DNA of 32,000 nt from Phycisphaera mikurensis NBRC 102666 (GCF_000284115.1 NC_017080.1:2940001-2972000); one strand, 5' to 3'. Positions 16,692 to 25,566 are shown, numbered from the stretch's first letter. Translations and numbers: made by a program. Notes: generated by a model from the letters alone, not told the origin.

Positions 16692-16834
16692 CTGATCCGG
16701 ATCGGCCCGAGGCCCCTCCCCCCGGCTCGGCCGGGGTCCCGGGCGGCGTGACGCTCAGGGAGCTGGACCGTGCCAACCACGGCTGCTGCTGAAGCGGAGC
16801 AGCGCGCCCACCGGGTTCGCCGAAGCCGATCCGC

Positions 16835-18295
16835 TTACCGGGCGGGGCGCGGCTCGATGATCTCGAAGGCGCGGAAGTCGGCCTCGAGCCCGACCACGTG
16901 CAGGTGGAAGACGAGGCGGCGGGGGGTGGGGTTGGCGGGGAGGTCCAGCAGCGTCCGGCCGTCGAGGACGACGGTCCGGCGGCCGCCGCGGCGGGAGAGG
17001 TGGAGGTGGTGCTCGGCGGTCCCGTCGAAGAAGGACGCGGCGATCGGCTCGTAGTGGCCCCAGCCGTGCAGCAGGGTCACCTCGCGCTCGCCGTCGCTGA
17101 AGGCCTGGAAGTTCGCGCCCAGCACGGACGTCTCGCCGCCGAAGTAGGCCGGCCCGTCGGGCTCGGGGGTCGTCTCGTAGTCGCTCACGTTGATGAGCAT
17201 CGACGAGGGCCACCGCTCGCTGGGGGGGCCGGTGAGGCGGACGGTGAAGCTGGCGTGGAGGTCGAAGTCGCCGAAGGGCTCGTTGCGGGTGAGGAAGGCC
17301 TGCTTGTAGAAGGCGGGCCGCTGGCTGATGAGCAGCGGGCGGTTCTCCACGATCAGGTCGTCGTGGGTGTGGAAGTCGGCGCCCCAGGGCCACTCCGCCG
17401 CCCCGTGCAGCATCGGGTTCACGACGCGGGCCGGGCCGGCGGGCTCCGCCGCGGCGGGGGGCGCGGCGGCCCCGGGGGGCGAGGCCGGGCCGCCGGACCG
17501 CAGGAACGCGGCCTGGGCCGGCCAGCGGGGGAGGCGGGCGAAGGGGAAGAAGCCCGGCCGCCGCTCCACGAGGTCGACGAGGTCGCCGGTGCGCCCGCTG
17601 GCGAGGAAGAAGCGGTACCGGTCGAGCGGGCCGGGCAGGTGGAGCTGGTTCTGGTGGTCGGTGCGCTCGGGCAGCGTCGCGAGCAGCTCGCCCGCGCGGT
17701 CGAGCTCGCCGAGCCCGGCCGCGACGCGGAAGGCCAGCCCGCGAAAGACCGGGTCGTCCGGGCAGCCCGCGGCCCGCACCGCCTCCAGCCGCCGGGCCGC
17801 CTCGCCGGGGTCGCGCCGCTCCAGGGCCCACGCGGCGTCGAGGAGCGCGCCGTTCCAGGCCTCGTCGCGGGCCATCGCGCGGCTGACGGCCAGCGCCAGG
17901 CGCGCCGGCCGGGTGCGGAGCGAGACCCCGATCAGGCCGTCGCCGAAAGCGTGCTCGCGGGTCCGTCCCTCCGCGTCCGCGAAGGCGATGCGGTCGCCGC
18001 CCTCCCGGCCCCGGAGGGGGGTGAGCTGCGGGTACCGCAGCACCGACTCGCCGTTGATGGCGACGATCACCTCCCCGGCCCGGACCCCCGCGGCCCGGGC
18101 CGCGCCGTCCGGAGCCACGGCCAGGACGTCGACCCCGGCGACGGGGCCCGCGTCGGCGTCGAGCTCCTGGAGCGTTGGCGTCAACGCGGGTTGCCCGTGG
18201 GCAACCCACGCGCACGCGCAGGCCAGCGCGACCCAACAGGACGCAGGGACGACGCCGGGGGCGCTCCGGGGTCGGCGAGCGCGGAAGAGCTTCAT
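16835..18295 (-). CDS. Secreted PDZ-domain protein with a C-terminal ConA/DUF1080-like region
   Basis: 486-aa track ORF. Signal peptide MKLFRARRPRSAPGVVPASCWVALACACAWVAHG. PDZ-like GVDVLAVAPDGAARAAGVRAGEVIVAINGESV. A helical middle region. The C-terminal beta-rich region ending RRLVFHLHVVGLEADFRAFEIIE resembles the DUF1080 tail. Its ATG (18295) overlaps the upstream stop (ATGA). Confidence 0.75.
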   Translation of the reverse strand: MKLFRARRPRSAPGVVPASCWVALACACAWVAHGQPALTPTLQELDADAGPVAGVDVLAVAPDGAARAAGVRAGEVIVAINGESVLRYPQLTPLRGREGGDRIAFADAEGRTREHAFGDGLIGVSLRTRPARLALAVSRAMARDEAWNGALLDAAWALERRDPGEAARRLEAVRAAGCPDDPVFRGLAFRVAAGLGELDRAGELLATLPERTDHQNQLHLPGPLDRYRFFLASGRTGDLVDLVERRPGFFPFARLPRWPAQAAFLRSGGPASPPGAAAPPAAAEPAGPARVVNPMLHGAAEWPWGADFHTHDDLIVENRPLLISQRPAFYKQAFLTRNEPFGDFDLHASFTVRLTGPPSERWPSSMLINVSDYETTPEPDGPAYFGGETSVLGANFQAFSDGEREVTLLHGWGHYEPIAASFFDGTAEHHLHLSRRGGRRTVVLDGRTLLDLPANPTPRRLVFHLHVVGLEADFRAFEIIEPRPAR

Positions 18296-21200
18296 GGGGA
18301 GGTTCCTCGCAGCCGGGCGACGGCGGCCGCGGGGTCCCGCAGCAGGGCGCGGACGGCTTCGCTGCCCGCGAGGACCAGCGCGGACCGCCCGCGGTCGTCG
18401 GTGGCGGCCGGGTCGGTCCCGAGCGCCAGCAGCAGCGCAACCTGCGCTGCGGACGCGTCCTCGTTGCGGCCCGGGCGGGCGCGGGAGGCGGCTTCGGCCA
18501 GCAGGGTGAGGCCCTCGCGGTCGGGCACGTCGACGCTGAAGCCGCGGGCCACCAGGCCGACGGCCAGTCCCCGGAAGCCCCGGTCCAGCGCCAGCGTCGC
18601 GGCGAAGTCGCCCAGGCGCCAGGCGCCCGCGAGCGGGCGGTCCAGCCGGGGATCGCCCGGCGGCGACATCAACCCGAAGAGGTCGAGGCGGCGGTCCCTC
18701 AGCGCCTCCAGCGCCGGCACGCCCCAGCCCCGGAAGGCGTGGTCGGGGTCGTAGCCGCTCGTGGCGAAGGGGTCCGCCCCGGCGTCGAGCACGCGGGCGA
18801 GGATCTCGGGGTCGCCGCGGTCCACCGCGCTCTCCAGCACCCCCGGCCGGGCGGCGTCCGCGCCGGCGTCGAGCAGGCGGTGGACGGTTTGGGCCTCGGC
18901 CAGGGACACCGCCGTCTCCAGCGCCGTGAACCGGCCGGCGTCGCTGAGCCGCGGGTCGGCGCCGCGGTCGAGCAGCAGGTTGGCGATGGCGTCGTCGCGG
19001 CGGCTGAGCGCCAGGGTCAGCGGGAACATCCGGTCGGCTTGGAGGCGGTCGTCCCGCACCGACGCGCCCGCGTCGAGCAGCGCCCGCACGCAGGCGAGGC
19101 GGCCGCGGCGGATGGCCAGGTGCAGCGGGGCGCAGCGGAAGGCGTCGAAGCCGTCCTCTTGGTGGATGGCCGGCGGGGCGATCCGGGCGTACGCGTCGAG
19201 GTCGCAGCCGTTAGCGCCCAGCCAGGCGATGCAGCGGGAGGCGTCCGCCAGCACCGCGGCGTGGCCGAGGGTGCCCACGGCCGCGTGCGTCGCGTCGAGG
19301 CTCGCCCCCGCTTCGTGCAGCAGCTCCAGCAGGTCGGGCCGATCCATCAGCACGGCGAGCAGCGCCGCGTTGTGGCTGAAGCGGCCGTAGGTCGCGGCGT
19401 CGGGATCGGCCCCGGCCGCCAGCAGGCGCGCGACGGTGCCGGCCCGGCCGGAGCGGACGGCGGCGAGCAGCGGGGGCCACGCGTCGGGCTCGGCGAGCGA
19501 GGGCGTCCCGGCGGGCGGGAGCTCCCCGCGGTACGCCGCCCAGGCCTCAAGCGGAACACCGAACGGAAGCGGCTTCGAAGACGCGGTCGCGCCGCCGGGG
19601 TCTTCCACGCCCATGGCCGCCAGCAGCCCGTCGCGGCGGAGCATCACCACGTCCCGCTCGGGGTCGGGCACGAACAGGTGCACCTCGTCGTGGGCGACGA
19701 AGAAGTCCGTGAGCCGCCCGGTCCACTCGGTCTGGCCGAGCACGCCCCCGCTCTCCGCGTCGACCGCCAGCAGCCGCGTGAGGAAGCGCTCGGGCGGGGG
19801 GCCTACGACGCGGGCGTCCCGCGTCGGCGGGTCCGGGTCCTCCCAGGCGTACGCCATCCAGACGAGGCCGCCGTCGCCGCGGATCCGCAGCGTCTCCAGC
19901 GGCGGGGCGTGCAGGGGCAGGTCCCGCAGCACCTCGCCCGCGCCCGAGACCTGCAACAGCCGCGTTTCGAGCACGACCCAGAAGGCGTCGCCCTCGGCCT
20001 GCACGTCGACGACCGCTTGGTCGCCGTGCGGCGTGCGGGACGCGAGCCAGGCGTCGAGCGGCTCGACGCCGTCGGTCCCGACCCACGACCAGGGTGTCTT
20101 TCGCCCCCCGCCGCCGCCCATGGCGGCCCGGCCGCCGGCGGCCTCCAGGCGGGCGCCGGAGAACCGCTCCTCCAGCCGGGCGTCGAGCAGCCGGAGGTTC
20201 TCGAGCCCGCCGTCGGGGTTCTCGACGAGCCCCAGCCGCCCGTCGCCGCTGAGGACCCAGACGCGCGTGCCGTCGAAGGCGACGCGGCGGACGTCCCCGG
20301 AGACGAGCCTGTCCTCGGGCCCGAGCCTCCAGGCCTCCTCCCCCCAGGGCAGCATCAGCTTCAGGCCGTCCCCGGCCGTCGCCAGCCAGAGCCGCCGCTC
20401 GGAGGCGGCGAGGTCGGTCCACTGCGCGTCCCCGACGCGCTCGTGCAGCGGGGCGACGCGGAGGGTGAGCGGGTCGAGCAGGCCCAGCCCCTCGGGCGGG
20501 GCGGGGGAGTCGGGCGACCGGTGGTGCGGGGCCCGGAGGCCCGCGTAGCGGCCGCGCCACGGCACGACGCGGCGGACCTGCGGGGTGTGGCCGCGCCGGT
20601 CGAGGGTCAGCTCGCGGCCGGGCGACACGTCCCAGGTGAGCTCCAGCCGGGACACCTCCGCGACCGCGTCGGCCCCCGCGACCGCCGGCTCCTCCACGTG
20701 CCGCGGGAGCCCCGGCGTCGCCGCGGGGTCGTCGCCGTACCGGGCCCGGCGCAGGCGGTCCCGCTCCTCGAAACGCGCCCGGACGTCCGGCGGGAGACCG
20801 GGAGGCATCGACGGGAACGACGACCGGGCCGGCGGGGAAGACGCCGCGGAGGACGCGGGCGGGTCGGCGACCGGCTCGGGCGAGGCGGCGGGCTCCGGCC
20901 GCAGGGTGCCGTCGGCCACCCGGGCGTCGATCCACGCCCGGAGGTGCTCGGCGGCGGCGGCGGTGAGCCGGGCCGCTTGCGGCTGCGCCTCGCCCGCCGG
21001 CGGGTCCGCCGCGAACATGGCCTCGTGTTCGGCGGACCGGCCCGCGGAGGCGAAGGCCTCGGACAGGCGGTCGAGCAGGTCGGGGTCGAAGGTGAAGCGG
21101 TGGGTGTCCAGCCGCTCCTCCTCCCAGGCGGGCTCGAAGACGGGCCACCACGCGCTCCAGACCGCGGCCGTCTCCGCGTCGCTCAGGCGGAAATCGCGGG

Positions 21201-22929
21201 AGAGGACGTCGCCGGGATCGACGGCCCGGAGTCGCCCCGGGTGCTCCGACGCCGGCGGGCCGCCGGAGAGCAGGCGGCCGAGCCCGATCAGGCCGTCCAG
21301 CGTCTCCTGCCGGTAGGCGTCGCGGGCGGCGGCGGGCATGTCGCGGGGGAGCTCGCTGCGGCCCGGGCCCAGCAGCGTGTGCTGCCGGTACGTCACCCCG
21401 CGGTGGAGCTCCGCCCGCGCCTCCAGCCCCATCAGCTTCTCGCGGAGCGTCCAGGTCAGGCCGAGGACCGCCGCCCCGTGCCGGGCGATCACGCGGTCCA
21501 CCTCGGCCTGCCGCCGCCCCAGCCCGACCCACCGCCGCCCGGGCTGAAGCGGCGGGAGCATCAGCATCGCCGCGTCGGCGAGCTCGGGGTCCTCGGGGTC
21601 GAAGAAGGAGGCGGCCTGCCAGGCGAGACGCACGGAGGGGCCGCTGTTGCTGCTGATCCGGCGGGACCGGCCGCCCGCGGCGGCGCCGGCGCCGGCCTGG
21701 AGGCTCTCCGCGGCCGGGCCGCGGGTCAGCAGCGCGACCACCGCGTCCCGCTGCGCCGGCGACACCTCGTCGGGCACCGGAGCTTTGGCGGCGGCCCAGA
21801 CCTCCTCGGCCAGCTCCGCCACGGCGGCGTCGACCTCGCCGCCGGGCACGGTGCGGGTGAAGGTCTCGGGCGCGTCGACGCCCGACCAGAGGTTCAGCGT
21901 GACGGTCGTCGGCACGAGGGCCGGATCCATCGCGATCGTGCCGCCGCCGGGGTCGGGCGCGGCGTCCGCGGACTCGGCCGCGTAGCCCCAGAGGTAGTGG
22001 TCGGCCGCGCGGACCCACGCCATCGGGTCCCGCTGCGTCAGCCCGTTGAGCGCGAGCGTCTGCTCATCGCCGGCGTCCGCAGCCCGCGTCACCCGCACCA
22101 GCCGGACGCCGGGATCCTCCCGCGCCTCGGCCTCCAGCCGCTCGGGCATCGTCGCTTCGAGGTGGTCCAGCCGGTCCGTCCCCGAGGCGTTGCGGAAGAA
22201 CAGCAGCGAGAGCACCGGCGCCCCGTCGAGCGAGGCGAGGCGCTCGTGCGCCGAGCCGATCAGGCCGCGTGTCGCCTCGAGCAGGCGGTCGAGGTCGGCG
22301 TCGGGCAGGGCCTCGGGCCGCGACAGGTCCGCCGGCCACGGCAGCTCGGTCTCGGCGACCCGGTCGGCGGTCAGGAGGTCGACGACCTCCAGCCGCAGCC
22401 GCTGCGCGTCGAGCCCGGTGTCGACGAAGGTGCCGGTCACGATGAGGTCGCAGCCGAGCCAGGCGCCCAGCTGCACCGAGGACGAGGCGTCGCCGCCTCC
22501 CAGCGTCAACCCCAGCGCCGCCTCCCCGGCCGCGGCGTTGAGCGCCTCCCGGTCGACCCACTCGAAGCGTTCCTCCGCGTCGAGCGCCGCCCGGGCGACG
22601 TCGCTGATCCGGCGGGCGGTCCCGGCCCCGACCCAGGTGTCCCGGTCGACGCGGAAGTCCATCAACGCCACCCGGGGCCGCCGGGGGTGGGGCGCCCGCT
22701 CGGGCCGGGGCACCCGCTCGGCGAGGCGGCGTTCCAGCTTCTCCGCCCGCGTCTCCGCCCGCGTCTCCGCCCGCTCGGGCGGCGCCCACCACTGCGCCAC
22801 CGGCGACACCAGCTCGGCCGCGGCCTGCCGCGCCTGCGGGCTGCGGTGGACCAGCCCGGCGGCGACGAGCAGCATGAGCCCGGCGGCGGCGAGGAGCGCG
22901 AGGTTGCGTCGGGGCGAGCGCTTGGGCAT
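18292..22929 (-). CDS. Giant (1545 aa) membrane-anchored multidomain protein: two TolB-N/CsgG-like modules, a propeller-like region and C-terminal ankyrin repeats
   Basis: Track ORF. N-terminus MPKRSPRRNLALLAAAGLMLLVAAGLV (signal anchor). Module 1 is RVALMDFRVDRD...ISDVARAALDAEERFEWVDREALNAAAGE...LGAWLGCDLIVTGTF. Module 2 is PVLSLLFFRNASGTDRLDHLEATMPERLEAEAREDPGVRLV. There are beta-rich repeats (LWLATAGDGLKL.., VWVLSGDGRLGLV.., FWVVLETRLLQV.., LVWMAYAWE). At least 6 ankyrin-like repeats are present (LLAAGADPD.., LLHEAGASLD.., APLHLAIRRGRLACVRALLDAGASV.., LLLDRGADP.., RLLDAGADA.., VLDAGADP..). Confidence 0.85.
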   Translation of the reverse strand: MPKRSPRRNLALLAAAGLMLLVAAGLVHRSPQARQAAAELVSPVAQWWAPPERAETRAETRAEKLERRLAERVPRPERAPHPRRPRVALMDFRVDRDTWVGAGTARRISDVARAALDAEERFEWVDREALNAAAGEAALGLTLGGGDASSSVQLGAWLGCDLIVTGTFVDTGLDAQRLRLEVVDLLTADRVAETELPWPADLSRPEALPDADLDRLLEATRGLIGSAHERLASLDGAPVLSLLFFRNASGTDRLDHLEATMPERLEAEAREDPGVRLVRVTRAADAGDEQTLALNGLTQRDPMAWVRAADHYLWGYAAESADAAPDPGGGTIAMDPALVPTTVTLNLWSGVDAPETFTRTVPGGEVDAAVAELAEEVWAAAKAPVPDEVSPAQRDAVVALLTRGPAAESLQAGAGAAAGGRSRRISSNSGPSVRLAWQAASFFDPEDPELADAAMLMLPPLQPGRRWVGLGRRQAEVDRVIARHGAAVLGLTWTLREKLMGLEARAELHRGVTYRQHTLLGPGRSELPRDMPAAARDAYRQETLDGLIGLGRLLSGGPPASEHPGRLRAVDPGDVLSRDFRLSDAETAAVWSAWWPVFEPAWEEERLDTHRFTFDPDLLDRLSEAFASAGRSAEHEAMFAADPPAGEAQPQAARLTAAAAEHLRAWIDARVADGTLRPEPAASPEPVADPPASSAASSPPARSSFPSMPPGLPPDVRARFEERDRLRRARYGDDPAATPGLPRHVEEPAVAGADAVAEVSRLELTWDVSPGRELTLDRRGHTPQVRRVVPWRGRYAGLRAPHHRSPDSPAPPEGLGLLDPLTLRVAPLHERVGDAQWTDLAASERRLWLATAGDGLKLMLPWGEEAWRLGPEDRLVSGDVRRVAFDGTRVWVLSGDGRLGLVENPDGGLENLRLLDARLEERFSGARLEAAGGRAAMGGGGGRKTPWSWVGTDGVEPLDAWLASRTPHGDQAVVDVQAEGDAFWVVLETRLLQVSGAGEVLRDLPLHAPPLETLRIRGDGGLVWMAYAWEDPDPPTRDARVVGPPPERFLTRLLAVDAESGGVLGQTEWTGRLTDFFVAHDEVHLFVPDPERDVVMLRRDGLLAAMGVEDPGGATASSKPLPFGVPLEAWAAYRGELPPAGTPSLAEPDAWPPLLAAVRSGRAGTVARLLAAGADPDAATYGRFSHNAALLAVLMDRPDLLELLHEAGASLDATHAAVGTLGHAAVLADASRCIAWLGANGCDLDAYARIAPPAIHQEDGFDAFRCAPLHLAIRRGRLACVRALLDAGASVRDDRLQADRMFPLTLALSRRDDAIANLLLDRGADPRLSDAGRFTALETAVSLAEAQTVHRLLDAGADAARPGVLESAVDRGDPEILARVLDAGADPFATSGYDPDHAFRGWGVPALEALRDRRLDLFGLMSPPGDPRLDRPLAGAWRLGDFAATLALDRGFRGLAVGLVARGFSVDVPDREGLTLLAEAASRARPGRNEDASAAQVALLLALGTDPAATDDRGRSALVLAGSEAVRALLRDPAAAVARLRGTSP
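22741..22776. repeat. In-frame 12-nt tandem repeat (about 3 units) encoding (AETR)n in the giant protein
   Basis: ctccgcccgcgt occurs twice, then ctccgcccgctc. On the coding strand this gives ..ERAETRAETRAEKLE.. just after the membrane anchor. Confidence 0.7.
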
Positions 22930-22986
22930 GAAACAGAAAGGTCTCGGTTACTCCCGGCGGCGGCCACGAGGGCCGGCGGCCCGGCG

Positions 22987-23018
22987 GACCGCGTGACCGC
23001 GTGACCGCGTGACCGCGC
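22987..23018. repeat. Octanucleotide microsatellite (GACCGCGT)x3 plus GACCGCGC
   Basis: gaccgcgt gaccgcgt gaccgcgt gaccgcgc, read directly. It lies in the 97-nt spacer between the CsgG-like gene stop (23029-23031) and the giant gene ATG (22929). Confidence 0.9.
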
Positions 23019-23028
23019 GCGGCCCGCA

Positions 23029-24093
23029 TCAGTCGGCGGGCGGCTCCTCGATCAGCCGCCGCAGCAAGCCCTCCACCAGCCGCCGCCCGGCCTTCTGCAA
23101 CGCCGACTTGCCCGCCACCTGCTCGGCCAGGTCCACGCCGCGCGTGGTCACGCGGTCGGCGAGGACGATCCGGCCATCCTCCCGGCGGACGACGTTGATC
23201 TCCGCCCGCGCGTTCGCGAAGCGCAGCCGGCCCATCGCGCCCGCACCCTCGCTGAAGCCCTCGCCGACCACCACCCAGTCGACGCCCTCGAGGCTGCGCG
23301 GCCACGACGGTTCGTCGCCGCGGTCGTACGCCCGGACCCAGTCCGCCAACGCGTTGTCCTTCAGGTCGCGGACATCCACCCCCGCGTCGATCAGCACCTT
23401 CTTGATCTCCGTCTCGACCGCCGGGTCGGGCACCGCCGGGGCGGGGGCCGGTCCCCGGACGTGCTCCTCGGGGATCACCACCGCCATCACCGGCGTGCCG
23501 CCGCGCTCGCGCAGCGTCGCCACCAGCCCCGGCACCGGGTCCCGGGGGACCTCGCCCGCCACCAACTCCCGCCCGTGCTCCCCCAGCAGCGCCACCATCC
23601 GCTCCGCCGCCTCGAAAACCATCTCGTCGAGCGGCGTGTCGAGGCTCTCGCGGACCATGACCGAGCGCGTCCGCGTCGTCTCGGTGCCGATCACCTTCGC
23701 CGTCACCACCCGGCTCTCGCCCAGCTCGAAGGCCCGGCCGGTCACCAGCAGCCTCGCCCCGACCACCCGGCCGATGGCGACGGCTTGGGCGGTGTCGGTC
23801 ACGCCGCTGCGGCTCACCGCCTGCTCGGCGACGGTGCGGTCCAGCCGAGTCCGGTCCACCAGGCTCAGCCCGTCCTCGCCCGAGAGCATCGCCTCCAGCA
23901 CGTCGTTCATGAGCTCGCTGAGCCCCGCCCCGCCCGCGGGCTCGGCGCCCCCCACCGCCTCGAACCCCAGCACCGCCACGGTCAAAGGAGCGCCGGCGGC
24001 ATCGGCGGCATCGGCGGCCGACGACGCCACCGCCGGCCCGGCGAGCGAGCAGACGCACACCAGGGCGATCCGAGGGATCATCGTGTCGAACAT
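23029..24093 (-). CDS. Secreted CsgG/LpoB/TolB-N-like two-module protein (hypothetical)
   Basis: In frame within track ORF 23029..25236. ATG at 24093 (alternative at 24081), with GGGAG 9 nt upstream. Signal peptide MFDTMIPRIALVCVCSLAGPAVASS. LTVAVLGFEAVGG...LSELMNDVLEAMLSGEDGLSLVDRTRLDRTVAEQAVSRSGVTD..AVAIGRVVGARLLVTGRAF is the characteristic CsgG/LpoB-type module. A second alpha/beta module follows. Confidence 0.75.
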   Translation of the reverse strand: MFDTMIPRIALVCVCSLAGPAVASSAADAADAAGAPLTVAVLGFEAVGGAEPAGGAGLSELMNDVLEAMLSGEDGLSLVDRTRLDRTVAEQAVSRSGVTDTAQAVAIGRVVGARLLVTGRAFELGESRVVTAKVIGTETTRTRSVMVRESLDTPLDEMVFEAAERMVALLGEHGRELVAGEVPRDPVPGLVATLRERGGTPVMAVVIPEEHVRGPAPAPAVPDPAVETEIKKVLIDAGVDVRDLKDNALADWVRAYDRGDEPSWPRSLEGVDWVVVGEGFSEGAGAMGRLRFANARAEINVVRREDGRIVLADRVTTRGVDLAEQVAGKSALQKAGRRLVEGLLRRLIEEPPAD

Positions 24094-24352
24094 GGGCTGG
24101 CTCCCGACGGGCGGAGGGGCTTGCAGAAATCTGAACCGCGAGCCTAACCGACCCGACGGCAAGTCGGCGGCCGCCGCTCCGCGCTGAACCCCGAGGTCCA
24201 GGGCGGCTCGTCCGTCGCCTCCCCGAGACGCCCGCCGCCACGCCCGCTCCGGCGAAGATCGAGGACCGGTGGACGAATCGCGGAAGGAGCACCCCGAAGG
24301 AACCCGCTCCGCTCTTCCACGCAAGCACCGTTGCCGGAACCGACCGAAAGAT

Positions 24353-24398
24353 CCGCGGACCGTCGGCCGTTCCCGCCTCCCGGGCCGACGGTCCGCGG
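24353..24398 (-). terminator. 46-nt hairpin element, copy B; probable pgl terminator
   Basis: CCGCGGACCGTCGGCC gttcccgcctcccg GGCCGACGGTCCGCGG is a perfect 16-bp stem with a 14-nt loop. It lies 37 nt downstream of the pgl stop on the minus strand and is followed there by ATCTTTCGG (a short T-run). The outer 10 nt of each arm are the family arms. Confidence 0.55.
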
Positions 24399-24434
24399 GT
24401 GGGAGCGGCCGCACCGGGCGTCCGCGACCCGCTC

Positions 24435-25220
24435 CTAACGCTCTTCGCCGCCGGAGCCCGCCGCCGCGGCGTCGAGGTACCAGGCGAGGGTGCCGCCGTG
24501 CTTGCCAGGGTCGATGCCGCTGATGGGCACCTCCTCGGCGTCCACCGTCCCCGCCTCGTGCAGCGCCTCGACCCGCCGCAGCGCGTCCGCCTTGCCCGAG
24601 CCGGTGAGCAGCACGGCGACCCGCCGGGCGTTGTTGAGCAGCGGGTAGGTCATCGTGATCCGCGGCGGCGGGACCACCTTCTCGCCGTCGTTCTCGGCGA
24701 CCCAAGCCTCGGTTTCCCCGAGCGCGGGCGAGGCGGGGAACAGCGACGCGGTGTGGCAGTCCCCGCCCATCCCCAGCAGCACGAAGTCGAGCTTCGGCGG
24801 CACGCCGCCCCCGCCCGCCGAGGGCAGCGCGTGCCCGTAGGCGTCCGCCAGCTCGTCGGCGTAGCGCCCCGCGGGGTCGTCCCCGTCGACGAACATCGGG
24901 TGGACCTGGTGGCCGGGGGTCGGCACGTGGTCCAGCAGCGCGGACCGCAGCATCCGGATGTTCGCCTTCTCGTGGTCCGCCGGCACCCGCCGCTCGTCCA
25001 CCACCCAGACGTGCGTCTGCGCCCAGGGCATCGACCGGAACTCCAGGTCGGTCGCGAGCCGCTCGTAGAACGGCTCGGGCGTCCCCCCGCCGGAGAGCGC
25101 GAGGTGGAACTGCCCGCGGGCGTTGACGCTCTTGGTCGCCGCGTCGAGCAGGTCGCGGCCGAGGGCGGCGTGCAGCGCCTCGGGATCGGGCTGGACGATG
25201 ACGCGGCCGGAGAGCTTCAT
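24435..25220 (-). CDS. pgl: 6-phosphogluconolactonase
   Basis: In frame within track ORF 24435..25712, ATG at 25220. MKLSGRVIVQPDPEALHAALGRDLL...FHLALSGGGTPEPFYERLA...WVVDERRVPADHEKANIRML...DFVLLGMGGDCHTASLFP...RITMTYPLLNNARRVAVLLTGSGKA matches the DevB/Pgl (SugarP_isomerase) family. Confidence 0.9.
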   Translation of the reverse strand: MKLSGRVIVQPDPEALHAALGRDLLDAATKSVNARGQFHLALSGGGTPEPFYERLATDLEFRSMPWAQTHVWVVDERRVPADHEKANIRMLRSALLDHVPTPGHQVHPMFVDGDDPAGRYADELADAYGHALPSAGGGGVPPKLDFVLLGMGGDCHTASLFPASPALGETEAWVAENDGEKVVPPPRITMTYPLLNNARRVAVLLTGSGKADALRRVEALHEAGTVDAEEVPISGIDPGKHGGTLAWYLDAAAAGSGGEER

Positions 25221-25462
25221 GCGGAGGTTGTAGCACCGACCGCAGCGGGAAGCCGCGGACCAGCCCGGCGGCGGGGCCGACGCTTTGCTCGCGGCGGCGG
25301 GACGCTCCCGCACCCGCTCGCCCCGCCTCCGCGGGGTCTCGGCGGCGTCAGGTCCGCGTGGAGCGTCGGGGCTCCGCCTCGACGCCGCGGGCACGGACCC
25401 CAGGGAGAGGACGCATCCCGGAGGGACACCAGGGCCCGCGGGAGACGCGGGCAGCGGGTCAT

Positions 25463-25492
25463 TTGACGGAGGGCGAAACGCTGCGTTACCTT
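25463..25492 (+). promoter_or_regulatory. Candidate sigma-70-type promoter (TTGACG-18 nt-TACCTT) for the 25567 PEP-CTERM gene
   Basis: Motif match only, in the 346-bp divergent region. A strong SD-like AAAGGGGAA lies 6-14 nt upstream of the ATG at 25567. Confidence 0.25.
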
Positions 25493-25566
25493 CACCGGTA
25501 TCAGTCGGCCGCGGCGCGTGCCCGGTCGCCGCCTCCGAGGTCCTTCCTAAGAAAGGGGAACGATCG

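Noticed and set aside
16498-16834. tRNA, riboswitch or small-gene content in the larger intergenic gaps (16498-16834, 24094-24352, 25221-25566)
   Set aside because: I found no T-loop-like GGTTCGAATCC, no cloverleaf arms and no recognisable riboswitch cores. The only ORFs are Arg-rich shadow frames. A UUCG-capped hairpin on the minus strand near 24283-24307 was noted but is unremarkable on its own.
21964-21973. Perfect 10-bp palindrome GTCCGCGGAC inside the giant gene, and other short GC palindromes (for example GATCCGGATC at 16694-16703)
   Set aside because: Short CCGCGG-centred palindromes are expected in sequence this GC-rich. There is no repetition or positional pattern beyond the 46-nt family.
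18175-23004. 1609-aa plus-strand ORF opposite the giant gene, and similar antisense or off-frame ORFs (19547..22018, 22064..24328, 8273..11122, 26033..28978, 13165..15087, 29135..31318)
   Set aside because: Each is an antisense or off-frame shadow of a gene with recognisable domains. Their compositions are dominated by R/G/P/A/D runs and show no motifs.
24938-24982. Degenerate arm pair (GCGCGGACCG ... TGGTCCGCCG, 25-nt spacing) inside pgl
   Set aside because: There are three mismatches in total and the spacing is off by one. It lies in a conserved pgl segment (DHEKANIRMLRSALL) that is clearly not an insertion.
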